Part shown: positions 46,894 to 56,660 of the stretch, piece by piece
Position numbering within the stretch: the first letter of the stretch is position 1
Layout of the letters: each line of letters opens with the position of its first letter
Source: Treponema primitia
GTDB taxonomy: Bacteria; Spirochaetota; Spirochaetia; Treponematales; Breznakiellaceae
Direction of reading: 5' to 3'
DNA: 62,166 nucleotides
Assembly (NCBI RefSeq): GCF_046533075.1
Contig: NZ_JAJQRB010000001.1
Location: 1 to 62,166 of the forward strand
Translations under genes and position numbers: made by a program
The notes under the pieces: generated by a model
What the model was told of the DNA's origin: nothing
Database searches by the model: none
The model's input: only the letters and a program-made list of their open reading frames with translations

Positions 46894-47730
46894 CTATTCT
46901 TCGTCAAAATAAATACCCAGGTTGTACCACTTCCATGGTGTTGGATAAATAAACACCGCTCCCGGATCTAAACCAGCCACCTCACGAGAAACATCCGCAA
47001 AATACTCGGACAGTTTTTCTGCACCCCAGCGTTTATACATCACATCCTGATGAAAAGGAAAAATCATCTGGGCGCCATACTTTGTCAGCAATTCCGCTAA
47101 AATATGCGGTGAAACCTGCTCGCCGGTTAATAGATCTCCTCCTTTGCGCACACCGGCCTGACGCAATAAAATATTCGGATGAATATCGAAAACATTTTTC
47201 CATATTGCCTGTCCGGATGCCATGAGAATACGGAAACCGTTATTAGTTGAGATCAGGAAGTCATAGGAGTCTAAATAACCATTCTCATCACATTCCTTGT
47301 GTCCGCTTATCCCCAGCTGCTTAAGGGTAATGTCATTTTCAAGACTGTATTTAAGACCGCCCGTGGGGTTATGCTTAGCTTGAAATATATCCAGGGTAAA
47401 ATCGTCCAGGTGATAATTTTGTCCGGGATACATGGGGAACACATTATCGTAGGGTAACTTGTGGTATCGTAAAGCCGCTGTTGCAGAATACGCTCCAATA
47501 AAAACCTTGGAGTTGAATTTTTCAACAAAATACCCCAAATCTATGTCATGATCATAATGGGTATGACTAACTAAAATATAGTCTGCCCCTTTAACATCCT
47601 CCCTGGTGGGTCCCCCAAAATCAAGCCCGGTAAAATATGGATCAATTAATATGGTTTTTCCGTTTGGCAGAACCAACTCATGACCAGCGCCTACATTAAA
47701 AAATCGAATTTTTAAACCGGTGGACTTCAT
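46894..47730 (-). CDS. MBL-fold metallo-hydrolase
   Basis: HxHxDH motif (VSHTHYDHDIDLG). Confidence 0.75.
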   Translation of the reverse strand: MKSTGLKIRFFNVGAGHELVLPNGKTILIDPYFTGLDFGGPTREDVKGADYILVSHTHYDHDIDLGYFVEKFNSKVFIGAYSATAALRYHKLPYDNVFPMYPGQNYHLDDFTLDIFQAKHNPTGGLKYSLENDITLKQLGISGHKECDENGYLDSYDFLISTNNGFRILMASGQAIWKNVFDIHPNILLRQAGVRKGGDLLTGEQVSPHILAELLTKYGAQMIFPFHQDVMYKRWGAEKLSEYFADVSREVAGLDPGAVFIYPTPWKWYNLGIYFDEE

Positions 47731-47757
47731 ATAATACCTCCTTACAAATACACTAAC

Positions 47758-48900
47758 TTACCAATCAAGCACCGATCCGTCAAAAGAAATTTTTGCCCCC
47801 TTGGTTGCCCTATCCTTTGCCGGGAAAAGATCCGCCGCCTTATCCGAAAGCTCAATGCCTATCCCGGGGCCGTTGGGAACAATAATACAGCCATTTTTTA
47901 TTTCAAGCGGTTTTTTCACCATGGCGTCTTCCCGTCCGTCAAGACAGAAATCGGGCAGTTCCATTATTCCAAGGTTAGGAATACAAGCCGAAAGCTGCAC
48001 ACAGGCAGCGGTGGAAACAGGCCCCAGGGGATTATGGGGGATTATTTGTACACCATGGGCTTCTGCTACGGCGGCTACTTTTTTAGCTTGGGAAATTCCT
48101 CCCACCGCACACACGTCAGGCCGGACATAGAAGGCCCCGCCCCTGGCGAGAAGCGTTTGAAATTCATGCATACAAATAAAACGCTCACCGGTAGCTATGG
48201 GGATATTGATTTTATGCGCCAAGGCGCCCATGGCATCGGGATTATCCGGAATAATCGGATCCTCAATATTAAATGGGCGGTATTGCTCAGCTTCTCTACA
48301 CAGGGCTACTGCTTCCGGGCTAGTGAGTGAACGATGCATCTCCATGATCAAATCAAAATCGTTACCCACTGCCTCGCGGCAGCGCCTCACTTTTTCGATG
48401 AGAAGTTCAATCTTATTTGAAAAAAACTCCCTCTCTCCCCCGGGGGTAGTTTGCTGCTCAGTTAAAAATAGTTTAGCTGCGGTAAACCCTTTTTCTTTGA
48501 GTGTTTTACAGCCCTTTACCATTTCATCCGCCGTTTGACTGCCAAAGCCCGATGCATAGACCCGTATTTTATTTCTGGTTTTACCGCCTAAAAGTTCATA
48601 TACAGGAACTCCAAGGAGCTTTCCCTTAATATCCCAAAGCGCAATATCAATGGCGCTGAGGGCACTCATAATAACCGAACCTCTAAAATACATAGCCCGG
48701 TACATATTTTGATAATGATATTCGATGGTTGAAGGGTCCTTCCCAATAATAAATTCTTTGAGCTTTTCTAAAGCCGCAGCGGTGGCTCCCAAGAATCCCC
48801 AATTTCCGGCCTCCCCAAGGCCCGTTATACCCTCATCTGTATCAATTTGTATAAACAAATAATGTTTCGCGGGAATAACCCGCAGGTCTGTAATTTTCAA
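47758..48900 (-). CDS. Enolase-superfamily enzyme, mandelate racemase/muconate lactonizing (D-mannonate/galactonate dehydratase-like)
   Basis: N-terminal capping domain and a barrel with metal ligands. …DIALWDIKGKLLGVPVYELLGG… is a classic MR/MLE motif. Confidence 0.75.
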   Translation of the reverse strand: MKITDLRVIPAKHYLFIQIDTDEGITGLGEAGNWGFLGATAAALEKLKEFIIGKDPSTIEYHYQNMYRAMYFRGSVIMSALSAIDIALWDIKGKLLGVPVYELLGGKTRNKIRVYASGFGSQTADEMVKGCKTLKEKGFTAAKLFLTEQQTTPGGEREFFSNKIELLIEKVRRCREAVGNDFDLIMEMHRSLTSPEAVALCREAEQYRPFNIEDPIIPDNPDAMGALAHKINIPIATGERFICMHEFQTLLARGGAFYVRPDVCAVGGISQAKKVAAVAEAHGVQIIPHNPLGPVSTAACVQLSACIPNLGIMELPDFCLDGREDAMVKKPLEIKNGCIIVPNGPGIGIELSDKAADLFPAKDRATKGAKISFDGSVLDW

Positions 48901-49200
48901 CTTTATACCTCCAATTTAGAAAATCTCTGAATACACTAATCGATATTGCAAAAACCATGCCAAATTGGAATATTTCTTTATGAAACAATATTTGCCCGCC
49001 GGAGAACGGTCTTTTATTGCGCCCATTGCATAGAGATTCATAAAATTGTAATGAAATGCGAAAAAACGTTAGCCGAGGGGACTACCCTATGGTGTGATAA
49101 TCTTAACGGGATAAACGGCGCCTATTCTTTGGATAGCCCATTATTGAAATAATTTGAAATCAATGGTTTCATTTTTGAAACGCCATTTAAAACAACCACG

Positions 49201-51141
49201 TTAGTCAAGAATTCCAAAATGCTTCATTTTACGCCAGAGCGTGCTTTTACTGATGCCCAGTTCCCGGGCGATCTTTATTCTGGACCCCCTATGCTTTTTG
49301 AGAAGATCCTGGATATATTGTTTTTCAAACTGATCCGCAGAATCTTTAAAATCGTGGATTTGAGGCGGTTCATAATCCCCATACGCCGATAGCAGCTGTT
49401 GGGTAATAAACGCCCCATTGATTTCGTTCGTGCGGGTAATGATTACCAGTCTTTCACAAAAATTCCTGAGCTGACGGATATTGCCCTGCCAAGGATACTG
49501 CTCCATGACCTCATAGGCGTCTTCGGAGAGCGCAAAGTATTTCCCGAACTTTTTCCCATAATTTGAAAGGAAATGATCCGTTAAAAACTGTATATCCCCC
49601 GTCCGTTCGCGCAGGGGCGGCAGATCCACGGTAAGCACATTAAGGCGGTAGTAAAGGTCCTCCCTAAATTGTCCTTCCTGCACCAGCTTAGACAATTGCT
49701 TATTGGTGGCGGTGATAACCCGAACATTAATAGGAATAATGCAGTCATCCCCCACTCTGCGGATACATTTTTCCGCCAAAGTCCTGAGCAGCCTGACCTG
49801 CCCAGAAAGATCCAACTCAGAAATCTCGTCCAGAAATATGGTACCCCCCTCGGCAATTTCAAAAAGCCCCTTTTTACCCCGGCGTATCGCACCGGTAAAG
49901 GCGCCCTCGGCGTAGCCAAACAATTCGCTTTCCAGAAGAGTTAAGGGAAGGGCTGCGCAGTTTACCGCAACAAAGGGCTTGTCCTTTCGCACACCGTTAT
50001 TATGGATACCCTGGGCAAAAAGTTCCTTGCCGGTTCCGGATTCACCTAATATCAAGGTGGTTGCATCATATTTAGAAAATTCATTGGCAATATACTTTGC
50101 GTCAAGAATTTTTTCCGATCGGCCTATGATATCACTAAAATGATACGGAGCCGTATGCCCCTTTTGATGCAATTCGCTTTTTGCCTGGGCTTCCATACGC
50201 TGTATCCGTTCAAGTTCATTAAAATGAATAACCGCCCCTCTGAATCCACCTTCGTTATGAACCGCAGTAATATTGACAATATATATCGATTGGTTTATTT
50301 CCAGTATTTTCCCAAATACATCCGGGCCTCCCCGGAGTACCGATTTGGTGAGTTCCGGATCAAGCTGAGGGATCATGTCCCAAATAAATTTGCCATCGTA
50401 TGTTCCCGGGACAAGGTTAAAATCGCTTTCGGTTACCTTGTTAAGGATAAGCGTCCTGCCCTCATGATCTATGTGAACAACTGCGTTAAAGGAATTGTGA
50501 ATAATGGACATGAGATCCCTGCTGCGTTGACGCTCGGACTCTATAGCCGCAGCAACTAATTTAGCAACCCTAAAGGCGTTGGCAAGAGACTCATCAGCAA
50601 GATTACCATCCAGACAGCAGGTCCTAATAGGGCATGGCCCAAACTGTGCATAGACGGTCGCGCTGGAAATTAAAATATCAACCCTTTGGTCTACAGCCTG
50701 ACAGACCGCATCGTAAATAGATAAACGGTCTGTCGAGTCAACATGACACAGTGAAATGGGTACCTTGAGCAGATCCTCACAAGATTTTATAGAATAGCTG
50801 ATCCCGGAAGCCTGTGCTTCGACGGTCAGAAATCGTATGTGGGGAGACCTAATTCCGCTTATCCGTATTGCCTCAGAAAAATTCTTCATTAATTCACCAA
50901 TCGTGATGTAACATTGGACGATAGGTATAGTAATGTCGGCAGAGCAAAGGGTCTTGTTCAGGGCACTTCTTATTACAATAGCCTCAAAGCCCGCAGCTTC
51001 CACATCCCGGGCCATTTGCGCTGCATTGTGTATATCTGCTTGAAAAATCTGAAAAGTATCGGTATATTGCCCCCTAAGGACAACTCTTTTTGCTGTATTA
51101 TATATCGCCTCTGTGGTGGCAAAAAAAGCAATATTTGCCAT
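49201..51141 (-). CDS. Sigma-54-dependent transcriptional activator (PrpR-type N-terminal sensory domain, AAA+ sigma54-interaction domain, Fis-type HTH)
   Basis: [22 protein letters not shown] (Walker A), GAFTGA loop ([12 protein letters not shown]), ESELFGY, and C-terminal [22 protein letters not shown]. Confidence 0.88.
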   Translation of the reverse strand: MANIAFFATTEAIYNTAKRVVLRGQYTDTFQIFQADIHNAAQMARDVEAAGFEAIVIRSALNKTLCSADITIPIVQCYITIGELMKNFSEAIRISGIRSPHIRFLTVEAQASGISYSIKSCEDLLKVPISLCHVDSTDRLSIYDAVCQAVDQRVDILISSATVYAQFGPCPIRTCCLDGNLADESLANAFRVAKLVAAAIESERQRSRDLMSIIHNSFNAVVHIDHEGRTLILNKVTESDFNLVPGTYDGKFIWDMIPQLDPELTKSVLRGGPDVFGKILEINQSIYIVNITAVHNEGGFRGAVIHFNELERIQRMEAQAKSELHQKGHTAPYHFSDIIGRSEKILDAKYIANEFSKYDATTLILGESGTGKELFAQGIHNNGVRKDKPFVAVNCAALPLTLLESELFGYAEGAFTGAIRRGKKGLFEIAEGGTIFLDEISELDLSGQVRLLRTLAEKCIRRVGDDCIIPINVRVITATNKQLSKLVQEGQFREDLYYRLNVLTVDLPPLRERTGDIQFLTDHFLSNYGKKFGKYFALSEDAYEVMEQYPWQGNIRQLRNFCERLVIITRTNEINGAFITQQLLSAYGDYEPPQIHDFKDSADQFEKQYIQDLLKKHRGSRIKIARELGISKSTLWRKMKHFGILD

Positions 51142-51217
51142 AAAAATCTCCCTATTAAGGTATCATATACCCCACAAAACGCATCAAGACAGGTAAAAAT
51201 CTATAGTACCTGAACCG

Positions 51218-52240
51218 CTACACCGGAAATTCCGCCGAAAATTTCCGGTAATCCGCCAGATTCTTCTCCAGCAGCGTAGGGGTATCAAGACCATAGGGAC
51301 AGTTATCCTTGCAATGGTTACAATGGATGCAGTCTTCGATCTTGTCCATTTCTTTTTTAAACTTTTCCGTAAGGAACTGAGCGGGTGGCGAGCGGCGGAG
51401 CAGCAGGAACATCCGGGCGCAGGTGGAAATTTTAATCCCCGCGGGACAGGGCTGACAGTAATCGCAAGCCCTGCAAAAGTTGCCCGCCAGTTCCGCCCGA
51501 TCCGCCTCAATACGGCGGCGTTGTTCGGCGCTTAGAACCGCATTTTCCCTCTGGGCGGCGAACAGGGCGTCTAACTCGCTTTCCCGCTGTATGCCCCAGA
51601 TGGGGACGGCGCCTTTAAAGTCCGCAAGCCAAGCCCGGGAGGCGGCCACATCGGTGATGAGCCCTCCGCTCAGGGCTTTCATGCAGATGAAGCCCATGTT
51701 TTTTTCTTCGCAGTACCGTACCATGGCCTGCTCTTTTTCATCGGATAAGTAGTTAAAGGGAAACTGCAGGGTATCGTAAAGGCCGCTGTCTATGGCTTCC
51801 CGGGCTACAGCCAGCCGGTGATTAGTAATACCGATAAAGCGGATCTTACCCTGTTCCCTGACCTTAAGGGCCGCCTCGTAGAGACCGGTCCCGTCACCGG
51901 GTTTTGGGCAAAAAGGCGGATTGTGGAACTGGTAGATATCGATATGACTTGTCTTGAGATTTTTCAGACTTGTTTCCAGGTCCTTCAAAAAATCCTCCCC
52001 CTTTATAGCTTTGGTTTTGGAGGCCAGGAAAAAATCGTTCCGCCGCCCGCCAATGGCGTCTCCCAATTTTTCTTCACTATCCGTATAAGCCCGGGCGGTA
52101 TCAAAAAAATTAATTCCGCCATCCAGAGCTCTTCGCAGTAATACTACCGCATCTGCCTTACTGGTCCGTTGTACCGGCAGGGCGCCGAATCCATCTTTGT
52201 TTACCCTTAGGCCTGTACGGCCTAATAACACTTCCTTCAT
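51218..52240 (-). CDS. Aldo/keto reductase with C-terminal 4Fe-4S cluster-binding Cys motifs
   Basis: AKR N-terminus (LGRTGLRVNKDGFGALPV…FFDTARAY) and C-terminal CRACDYCQPCP … CIHCNHCKDNCP. Confidence 0.75.
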   Translation of the reverse strand: MKEVLLGRTGLRVNKDGFGALPVQRTSKADAVVLLRRALDGGINFFDTARAYTDSEEKLGDAIGGRRNDFFLASKTKAIKGEDFLKDLETSLKNLKTSHIDIYQFHNPPFCPKPGDGTGLYEAALKVREQGKIRFIGITNHRLAVAREAIDSGLYDTLQFPFNYLSDEKEQAMVRYCEEKNMGFICMKALSGGLITDVAASRAWLADFKGAVPIWGIQRESELDALFAAQRENAVLSAEQRRRIEADRAELAGNFCRACDYCQPCPAGIKISTCARMFLLLRRSPPAQFLTEKFKKEMDKIEDCIHCNHCKDNCPYGLDTPTLLEKNLADYRKFSAEFPV

Positions 52241-52251
52241 AGCAAAACTCC

Positions 52252-53889
52252 TTATTGTATATTGATATAGTACCGTTCCAGATATGCAATTTGCCGGCGG
52301 GAATCATTGTACCGGCTGCTCTGGGGGTACTCATTTACCAGACGGCGATAGTAGTCCAGGGCTAAACGGATATTCCGGGAAGGCCCCTGTTTTTCGTAAA
52401 GTTGTGCGTAGAGCCAGAGCGCTTCGTCGCTGCCCCGGGGAAACTGCGCCATAAACTGATTCAGTACGGCAATGGCCTGGGGAACATGATCCGCCCCAAA
52501 TTCTTCCCGAGCCCTGCGCAGGTACTCTTCGGCGCCGGCGCCCGGGGGAAGGATCAGCGGTGGCTCAAGCTCCGCAGTTTCGTTTACAGCCGCAGACGGC
52601 ACGGCGGGAACAGACCCCGGCGAAACCACTGCAGGAGCGGCACTACCGGGAACAACGGCAGCCGGCACGACAGGAACAGCCCCCGGCGAAACCACTGCGG
52701 GAGCGGCCCTGCCGGGAACAACGGCAGACGGCACGACAGGAACAACCCCGGGTGAAACCACTGCGGGAGCGGCCCTGCCGGGAACAACGGCAGACGGCGC
52801 GGCGGGAACAGACCCGGGCGAAACCACTGCGGGAGCGGCCTTACCCGGCACGACGGCTGGCGGTACGGCTTCTGATGCAGGGAGCGGCTCTCCGGGAATG
52901 GTGGGCCAGCGGGGTTCGGCAATCACCCTACCCCGGTCTGCCGGAGCGCCGAAGCTGAGCGAGGCCAGGGGCGCCTCTTCGACAATAACGCTTACCAAAT
53001 CGTTGATGATATAATCCCGGATAAAATCCTGGCGGTAGAATTTGAGTTCATAGGTCCCGGCTTCGGCGGCCAGGAAAACAAAGGTCTGACCTTCGGAATC
53101 CAGGCGCCGGGAATTGTAGTTTATACCCCGCTTGGAGGCGGATTCCCCCAGATAGACCCAGCCGGTTCCCCGGAACGGAACCTCCAGGGTTTGCCCGGTC
53201 ACGGCCCGGACGATCCGGGAAGAAACGCCTTGAGGAATCGCCGGAATAGGCGCCGGCGTGAAGGTCGGAGGATTCCGGGCGGGGGGATCAGGGATGGGGT
53301 TTACCGGAAGCGGTATGGGTTCCCTGACACGGGGAGGCGGCGGTATGGGTTCCGTGGGCCTGACGATACGCGGCGGCGGAGGCGGAATAACCGGTTCCGG
53401 CGGCGGCGGTTCGGGCGGGACGGCAAGCTCAGACTGGGCAGTCTCCTCCGGCAAGGTCCCTTCCAGTGAAGACTCTTCCGGCGGGGACTCTTCCGCCAGG
53501 ACCAGCGCCGGCGCAAGGGACGGCAGATCCGGGGCAAGCGGCTCGGGAAGGGGTTCCGCCAGAACTATGGCGCTTTCCCCGGGGGGCGGATCAGGAAGGA
53601 AGACCTCGCCGAATTCTAAAAACGGCTCATCCAACTCAGCCGGCCAGCCTTCGGAGGGGGCGCCGGGGGGGGGTAAGGCCAGGGACGGATCATCATCCTC
53701 TACCTGGGACCAGTCATAATCCACATCCCCGTTGTCGTCATAATCCCCGTAATCTTCATAGTCTTCATCGTCCTCATAGGGTTCCTCTTCCGGAGGGGTC
53801 ATATTCACCTTGGGGAGGCCCTTACAGGACCAGGACAGGAGGCAACAGATTATCAGTCCCAGGGGAAAAAGGTGTTTTACGGGGTTCAC
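52252..53889 (-). CDS. Proline-rich secreted protein with internal 22-aa tandem repeats and a C-terminal TPR-like helical domain
   Basis: Signal peptide and acidic DYEDY run. Four copies of AVVPG(R/K)AAPAVVSPG(S/V)VP(A/V)VPS. Helical C-terminus. Confidence 0.55.
   Translation of the reverse strand: MNPVKHLFPLGLIICCLLSWSCKGLPKVNMTPPEEEPYEDDEDYEDYGDYDDNGDVDYDWSQVEDDDPSLALPPPGAPSEGWPAELDEPFLEFGEVFLPDPPPGESAIVLAEPLPEPLAPDLPSLAPALVLAEESPPEESSLEGTLPEETAQSELAVPPEPPPPEPVIPPPPPRIVRPTEPIPPPPRVREPIPLPVNPIPDPPARNPPTFTPAPIPAIPQGVSSRIVRAVTGQTLEVPFRGTGWVYLGESASKRGINYNSRRLDSEGQTFVFLAAEAGTYELKFYRQDFIRDYIINDLVSVIVEEAPLASLSFGAPADRGRVIAEPRWPTIPGEPLPASEAVPPAVVPGKAAPAVVSPGSVPAAPSAVVPGRAAPAVVSPGVVPVVPSAVVPGRAAPAVVSPGAVPVVPAAVVPGSAAPAVVSPGSVPAVPSAAVNETAELEPPLILPPGAGAEEYLRRAREEFGADHVPQAIAVLNQFMAQFPRGSDEALWLYAQLYEKQGPSRNIRLALDYYRRLVNEYPQSSRYNDSRRQIAYLERYYINIQ
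52590..52860. repeat. 4 x ~66-bp tandem repeat inside the Pro-rich protein gene
   Basis: Near-identical units GGAACAG(A/C)CCCCGGCGAAACCACTGC(A/G)GGAGCGGC(A/C)CT(A/G)CCGGGAACAACGGCAG(C/A)CGGCACGACA. Confidence 0.75.
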
Positions 53890-54314
53890 GGAACACCCTC
53901 CATCAGCGTATCAATCTCCGCTTTAAAACGATCCCGCCATAACCGGGTATTTCCCTCCAGAGGATCGGTCCAGTAAGGGCGGGCGTCATCAACAGTCCAG
54001 GTATCCCGGGGGAGACGTTCGGGGATAAACTCGGGGAGCGCATCCGGTTCTTCGGGCAAAAAGAAATCCTCCGGCGATATGGCCAGGGGTTTAAAAGAAT
54101 CCGCCAGTTCCTTGGCGGCGGCCCGGGATTTGACCGTGCGAATATGACCCTGTACCATTAATACTGCAACAAAAGCGAGGATTAAAACCAAGACCGCCCC
54201 CCCAATACCCAATAACACGATCCTTCGCCGGGTTTGAAAGAACTCAGGCGCCGTTTCCCGGATAAATTTCCGCACCGTCGTTGTAAAATGCCAAATCAGA
54301 TCCCCTATCTGCAT
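53886..54314 (-). CDS. Hypothetical single-pass membrane protein
   Basis: 142 aa with a TM helix (IVLLGIGGAVLVLILAFVAVLMV). Overlaps the upstream gene stop. Confidence 0.45.
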   Translation of the reverse strand: MQIGDLIWHFTTTVRKFIRETAPEFFQTRRRIVLLGIGGAVLVLILAFVAVLMVQGHIRTVKSRAAAKELADSFKPLAISPEDFFLPEEPDALPEFIPERLPRDTWTVDDARPYWTDPLEGNTRLWRDRFKAEIDTLMEGVP

Positions 54315-54560
54315 AGTATCATTCTAATAGAAAGCTGCTTTTCCGGCTACTGTACGGATAATCTTCTTTCTGTTATATTATACATATAATGGATATAGTG
54401 ATTAACCCCCGGGGTAATGGCGCCTGTCCACTTTGCGACCAGAACAGCATTTGCCGTATTCAGGGTACCCTCTTCAAAGCCATGGAAGAATTTTCCGCCA
54501 AGGACGATCCCATGGAAGTGGTGGTTTATTCCTGTCCCCAATTCCAGGAGAAACTCTAAG

Positions 54561-55646
54561 GTGAACGAACGTCTTGAATCACTGCTGCGGCGGTATGATG
54601 AACTATCGGGCCTAATCCAGGACCCTGAACTGGTGAAGGATCAGAAAAAATACCGCGATACCATGAGGGAATATTCCCAACTGGATACCATTGCCGGGAC
54701 TCAGAAGGAAATCGAAGAAATTTCCGCCCAGCTTGCGGACGCCAAAACCCTGATCCAGGATGAAAAGGATCCGGATATGCGGGAAATGGCCAAGGAAGAA
54801 AGCCGGGAACTGGAAACCCATCTCAAGGATGCGGAGGATCGCCTCAAATTTCTGCTGATCCCCAAAGACCCCCTGGACGAAAAGAATATCATCATGGAAA
54901 TCCGGGCGGGTACCGGCGGCGACGAGGCGGCCCTCTTTGCGTCGGACCTCTACCGCATGTATTCCCGGTTTGCGGAAACCAAGAGCTGGAAGTTTGAAAT
55001 CATGAGCTCCAACGAAACCGAGCTTGGGGGCTTTAAGGAAATCGTTTTTTCCATCAGCGGTAATAATGTGTACGAAAATCTCCGCTACGAGTCGGGGGTA
55101 CACCGTGTTCAGCGGGTCCCCGCCACCGAAGCTTCGGGCCGTATCCACACCTCCGCAGTAACCGTGGCGGTGCTCCCCGAAGCGGACGAGACCGAAATCG
55201 ACATACGTACCGAAGACCTCCGTATCGACGTGATGCGTGCCGGCGGTCCCGGGGGCCAGTGCGTCAACACCACCGATTCTGCGGTACGGATCACCCATAT
55301 CCCCTCCGGGGTGGTGGTCCAATGTCAGGATGAAAAGAGCCAGATTAAAAACAAGGCCAAAGCCATGCGTGTACTCCGGGCACGGATCTACGAAATGGAG
55401 GAAGCCAAAGCCGCCGCCTCCCGTTCGGAGGCCCGGAAAAACCAAGTCGGCTCAGGGGACCGCTCCGAGCGGATCCGTACCTACAACTTCCCCCAGAACC
55501 GACTTACGGATCATCGTATCAACCTTACCCTCTATAAACTGGACCTTATCATGCAGGGCGATGTGGAAGAACTCTTCGACGCCCTCAAACTTTCCGCCCG
55601 GGAAGAATTACTCCAAACCACAGCATCGGTAACCGCCGCTTCTTAA
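54561..55646 (+). CDS. prfA: Peptide chain release factor 1 (GTG start)
   Basis: GGQ motif ([21 protein letters not shown]) and PxT-type recognition region. GTG at 54561, 10 nt downstream of AGGAG. The longer 409-aa ORF is probably an upstream overextension. Confidence 0.9.
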   Translation: MNERLESLLRRYDELSGLIQDPELVKDQKKYRDTMREYSQLDTIAGTQKEIEEISAQLADAKTLIQDEKDPDMREMAKEESRELETHLKDAEDRLKFLLIPKDPLDEKNIIMEIRAGTGGDEAALFASDLYRMYSRFAETKSWKFEIMSSNETELGGFKEIVFSISGNNVYENLRYESGVHRVQRVPATEASGRIHTSAVTVAVLPEADETEIDIRTEDLRIDVMRAGGPGGQCVNTTDSAVRITHIPSGVVVQCQDEKSQIKNKAKAMRVLRARIYEMEEAKAAASRSEARKNQVGSGDRSERIRTYNFPQNRLTDHRINLTLYKLDLIMQGDVEELFDALKLSAREELLQTTASVTAAS

Positions 55647-55671
55647 TATGTATAAGATCCGGGGGGAAAGT

Positions 55672-55792
55672 AAAAGACCGCAAAGGCGCAGAAGGCGAAT
55701 AAGGATGATGAAAAAAAGAAGAAATAGAGAGAAGAAAAATTTCCTCTCCCTCCCCTCCCCTTCTTCGACTTCTGTGCCTTTGCGGTTACCCA
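55672..55792. repeat. Palindromic intergenic element R4 (arms ACCGCAAAGGCGCAGAAGGCGAATAAGG / CTTCTTCGACTTCTGTGCCTTTGCGGTTACC; purine run - AAAAATTT - pyrimidine run apex)
   Basis: Same architecture as R1/R2 with related arms. Inserted between prfA and prmC. Confidence 0.65.
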
Positions 55793-55805
55793 ATTCCTTT
55801 GTCTT

Positions 55806-56660
55806 ATGACTATACGGGAAGTCCTTACCCAGGGAACGGCGCGGCTCAGAAAAGCAGGAATCGACAATCCCGGTTTAGACGCCGCACTATTCCTGGCTTT
55901 CATCCTTAAAACGAACAGGGAAAAACTTATACTCCGGGATGCCGAAGCGTTACACGAAGACGGCGCTGAGGATTTTGCCGGCCTCCTGGACCGCCGCATT
56001 GCCGGGGAATGTACCGCCTATATCCTGGGCCGTAAGGAATTCCGCGGCCTGGACCTTATCGTCACCCCCGATGTCCTCGTTCCCCGGCCGGACACAGAAA
56101 CCCTGGTGGAAGCGGCCCTGACCATCGGTACGGATCAGGAACTGACCGCACTGGATCTCTGTACCGGTTCCGGGGCGGTAGCCATAGCCTTGAAACACGA
56201 ACTACCCTCCTTGGAAGTCTACGCTTCGGATATCTCAGCAAAGGCCCTGGCCGTGGCCCGGGAAAACGCCCGGCGGCTTTTGGGGAGCGATGGGGCGGTA
56301 CATTTTCTCCAAGGGGACCTCTTCTCGCCGGTTCCGGAGATCCGTTTCTCCCTCATCACCGCCAACCCTCCCTATGTGGCTTCCGGGGAAATCGCCGCCC
56401 TTGCCCGGGAAGTCCGGGGGGAACCGCTTTTGGCGCTGGACGGGGGGAAAGACGGGCTGGACCTGGTGCGGAGGATCATAGACGGGGCGCGCTCGTACCT
56501 GCTGCCCGGGGGGAGGCTCCTTATGGAAGCGGACCCTAGACAAATGGCGGGAATTAGCCTAATACTGGAAAAAAAGGGATACCGGGATATCAGAACCTAT
56601 CAGGATCTGTCCGGGCAGGATCGGGTTATAGATGGAATCGCTGGTTGCGACGTTCAGTAA
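55806..56660 (+). CDS. prmC: Release factor glutamine N5-methyltransferase PrmC (HemK)
   Basis: SAM-binding motif (LDLCTGSGAVAIAL) and catalytic NPPY (ITANPPYV). Confidence 0.88.
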   Translation: MTIREVLTQGTARLRKAGIDNPGLDAALFLAFILKTNREKLILRDAEALHEDGAEDFAGLLDRRIAGECTAYILGRKEFRGLDLIVTPDVLVPRPDTETLVEAALTIGTDQELTALDLCTGSGAVAIALKHELPSLEVYASDISAKALAVARENARRLLGSDGAVHFLQGDLFSPVPEIRFSLITANPPYVASGEIAALAREVRGEPLLALDGGKDGLDLVRRIIDGARSYLLPGGRLLMEADPRQMAGISLILEKKGYRDIRTYQDLSGQDRVIDGIAGCDVQ

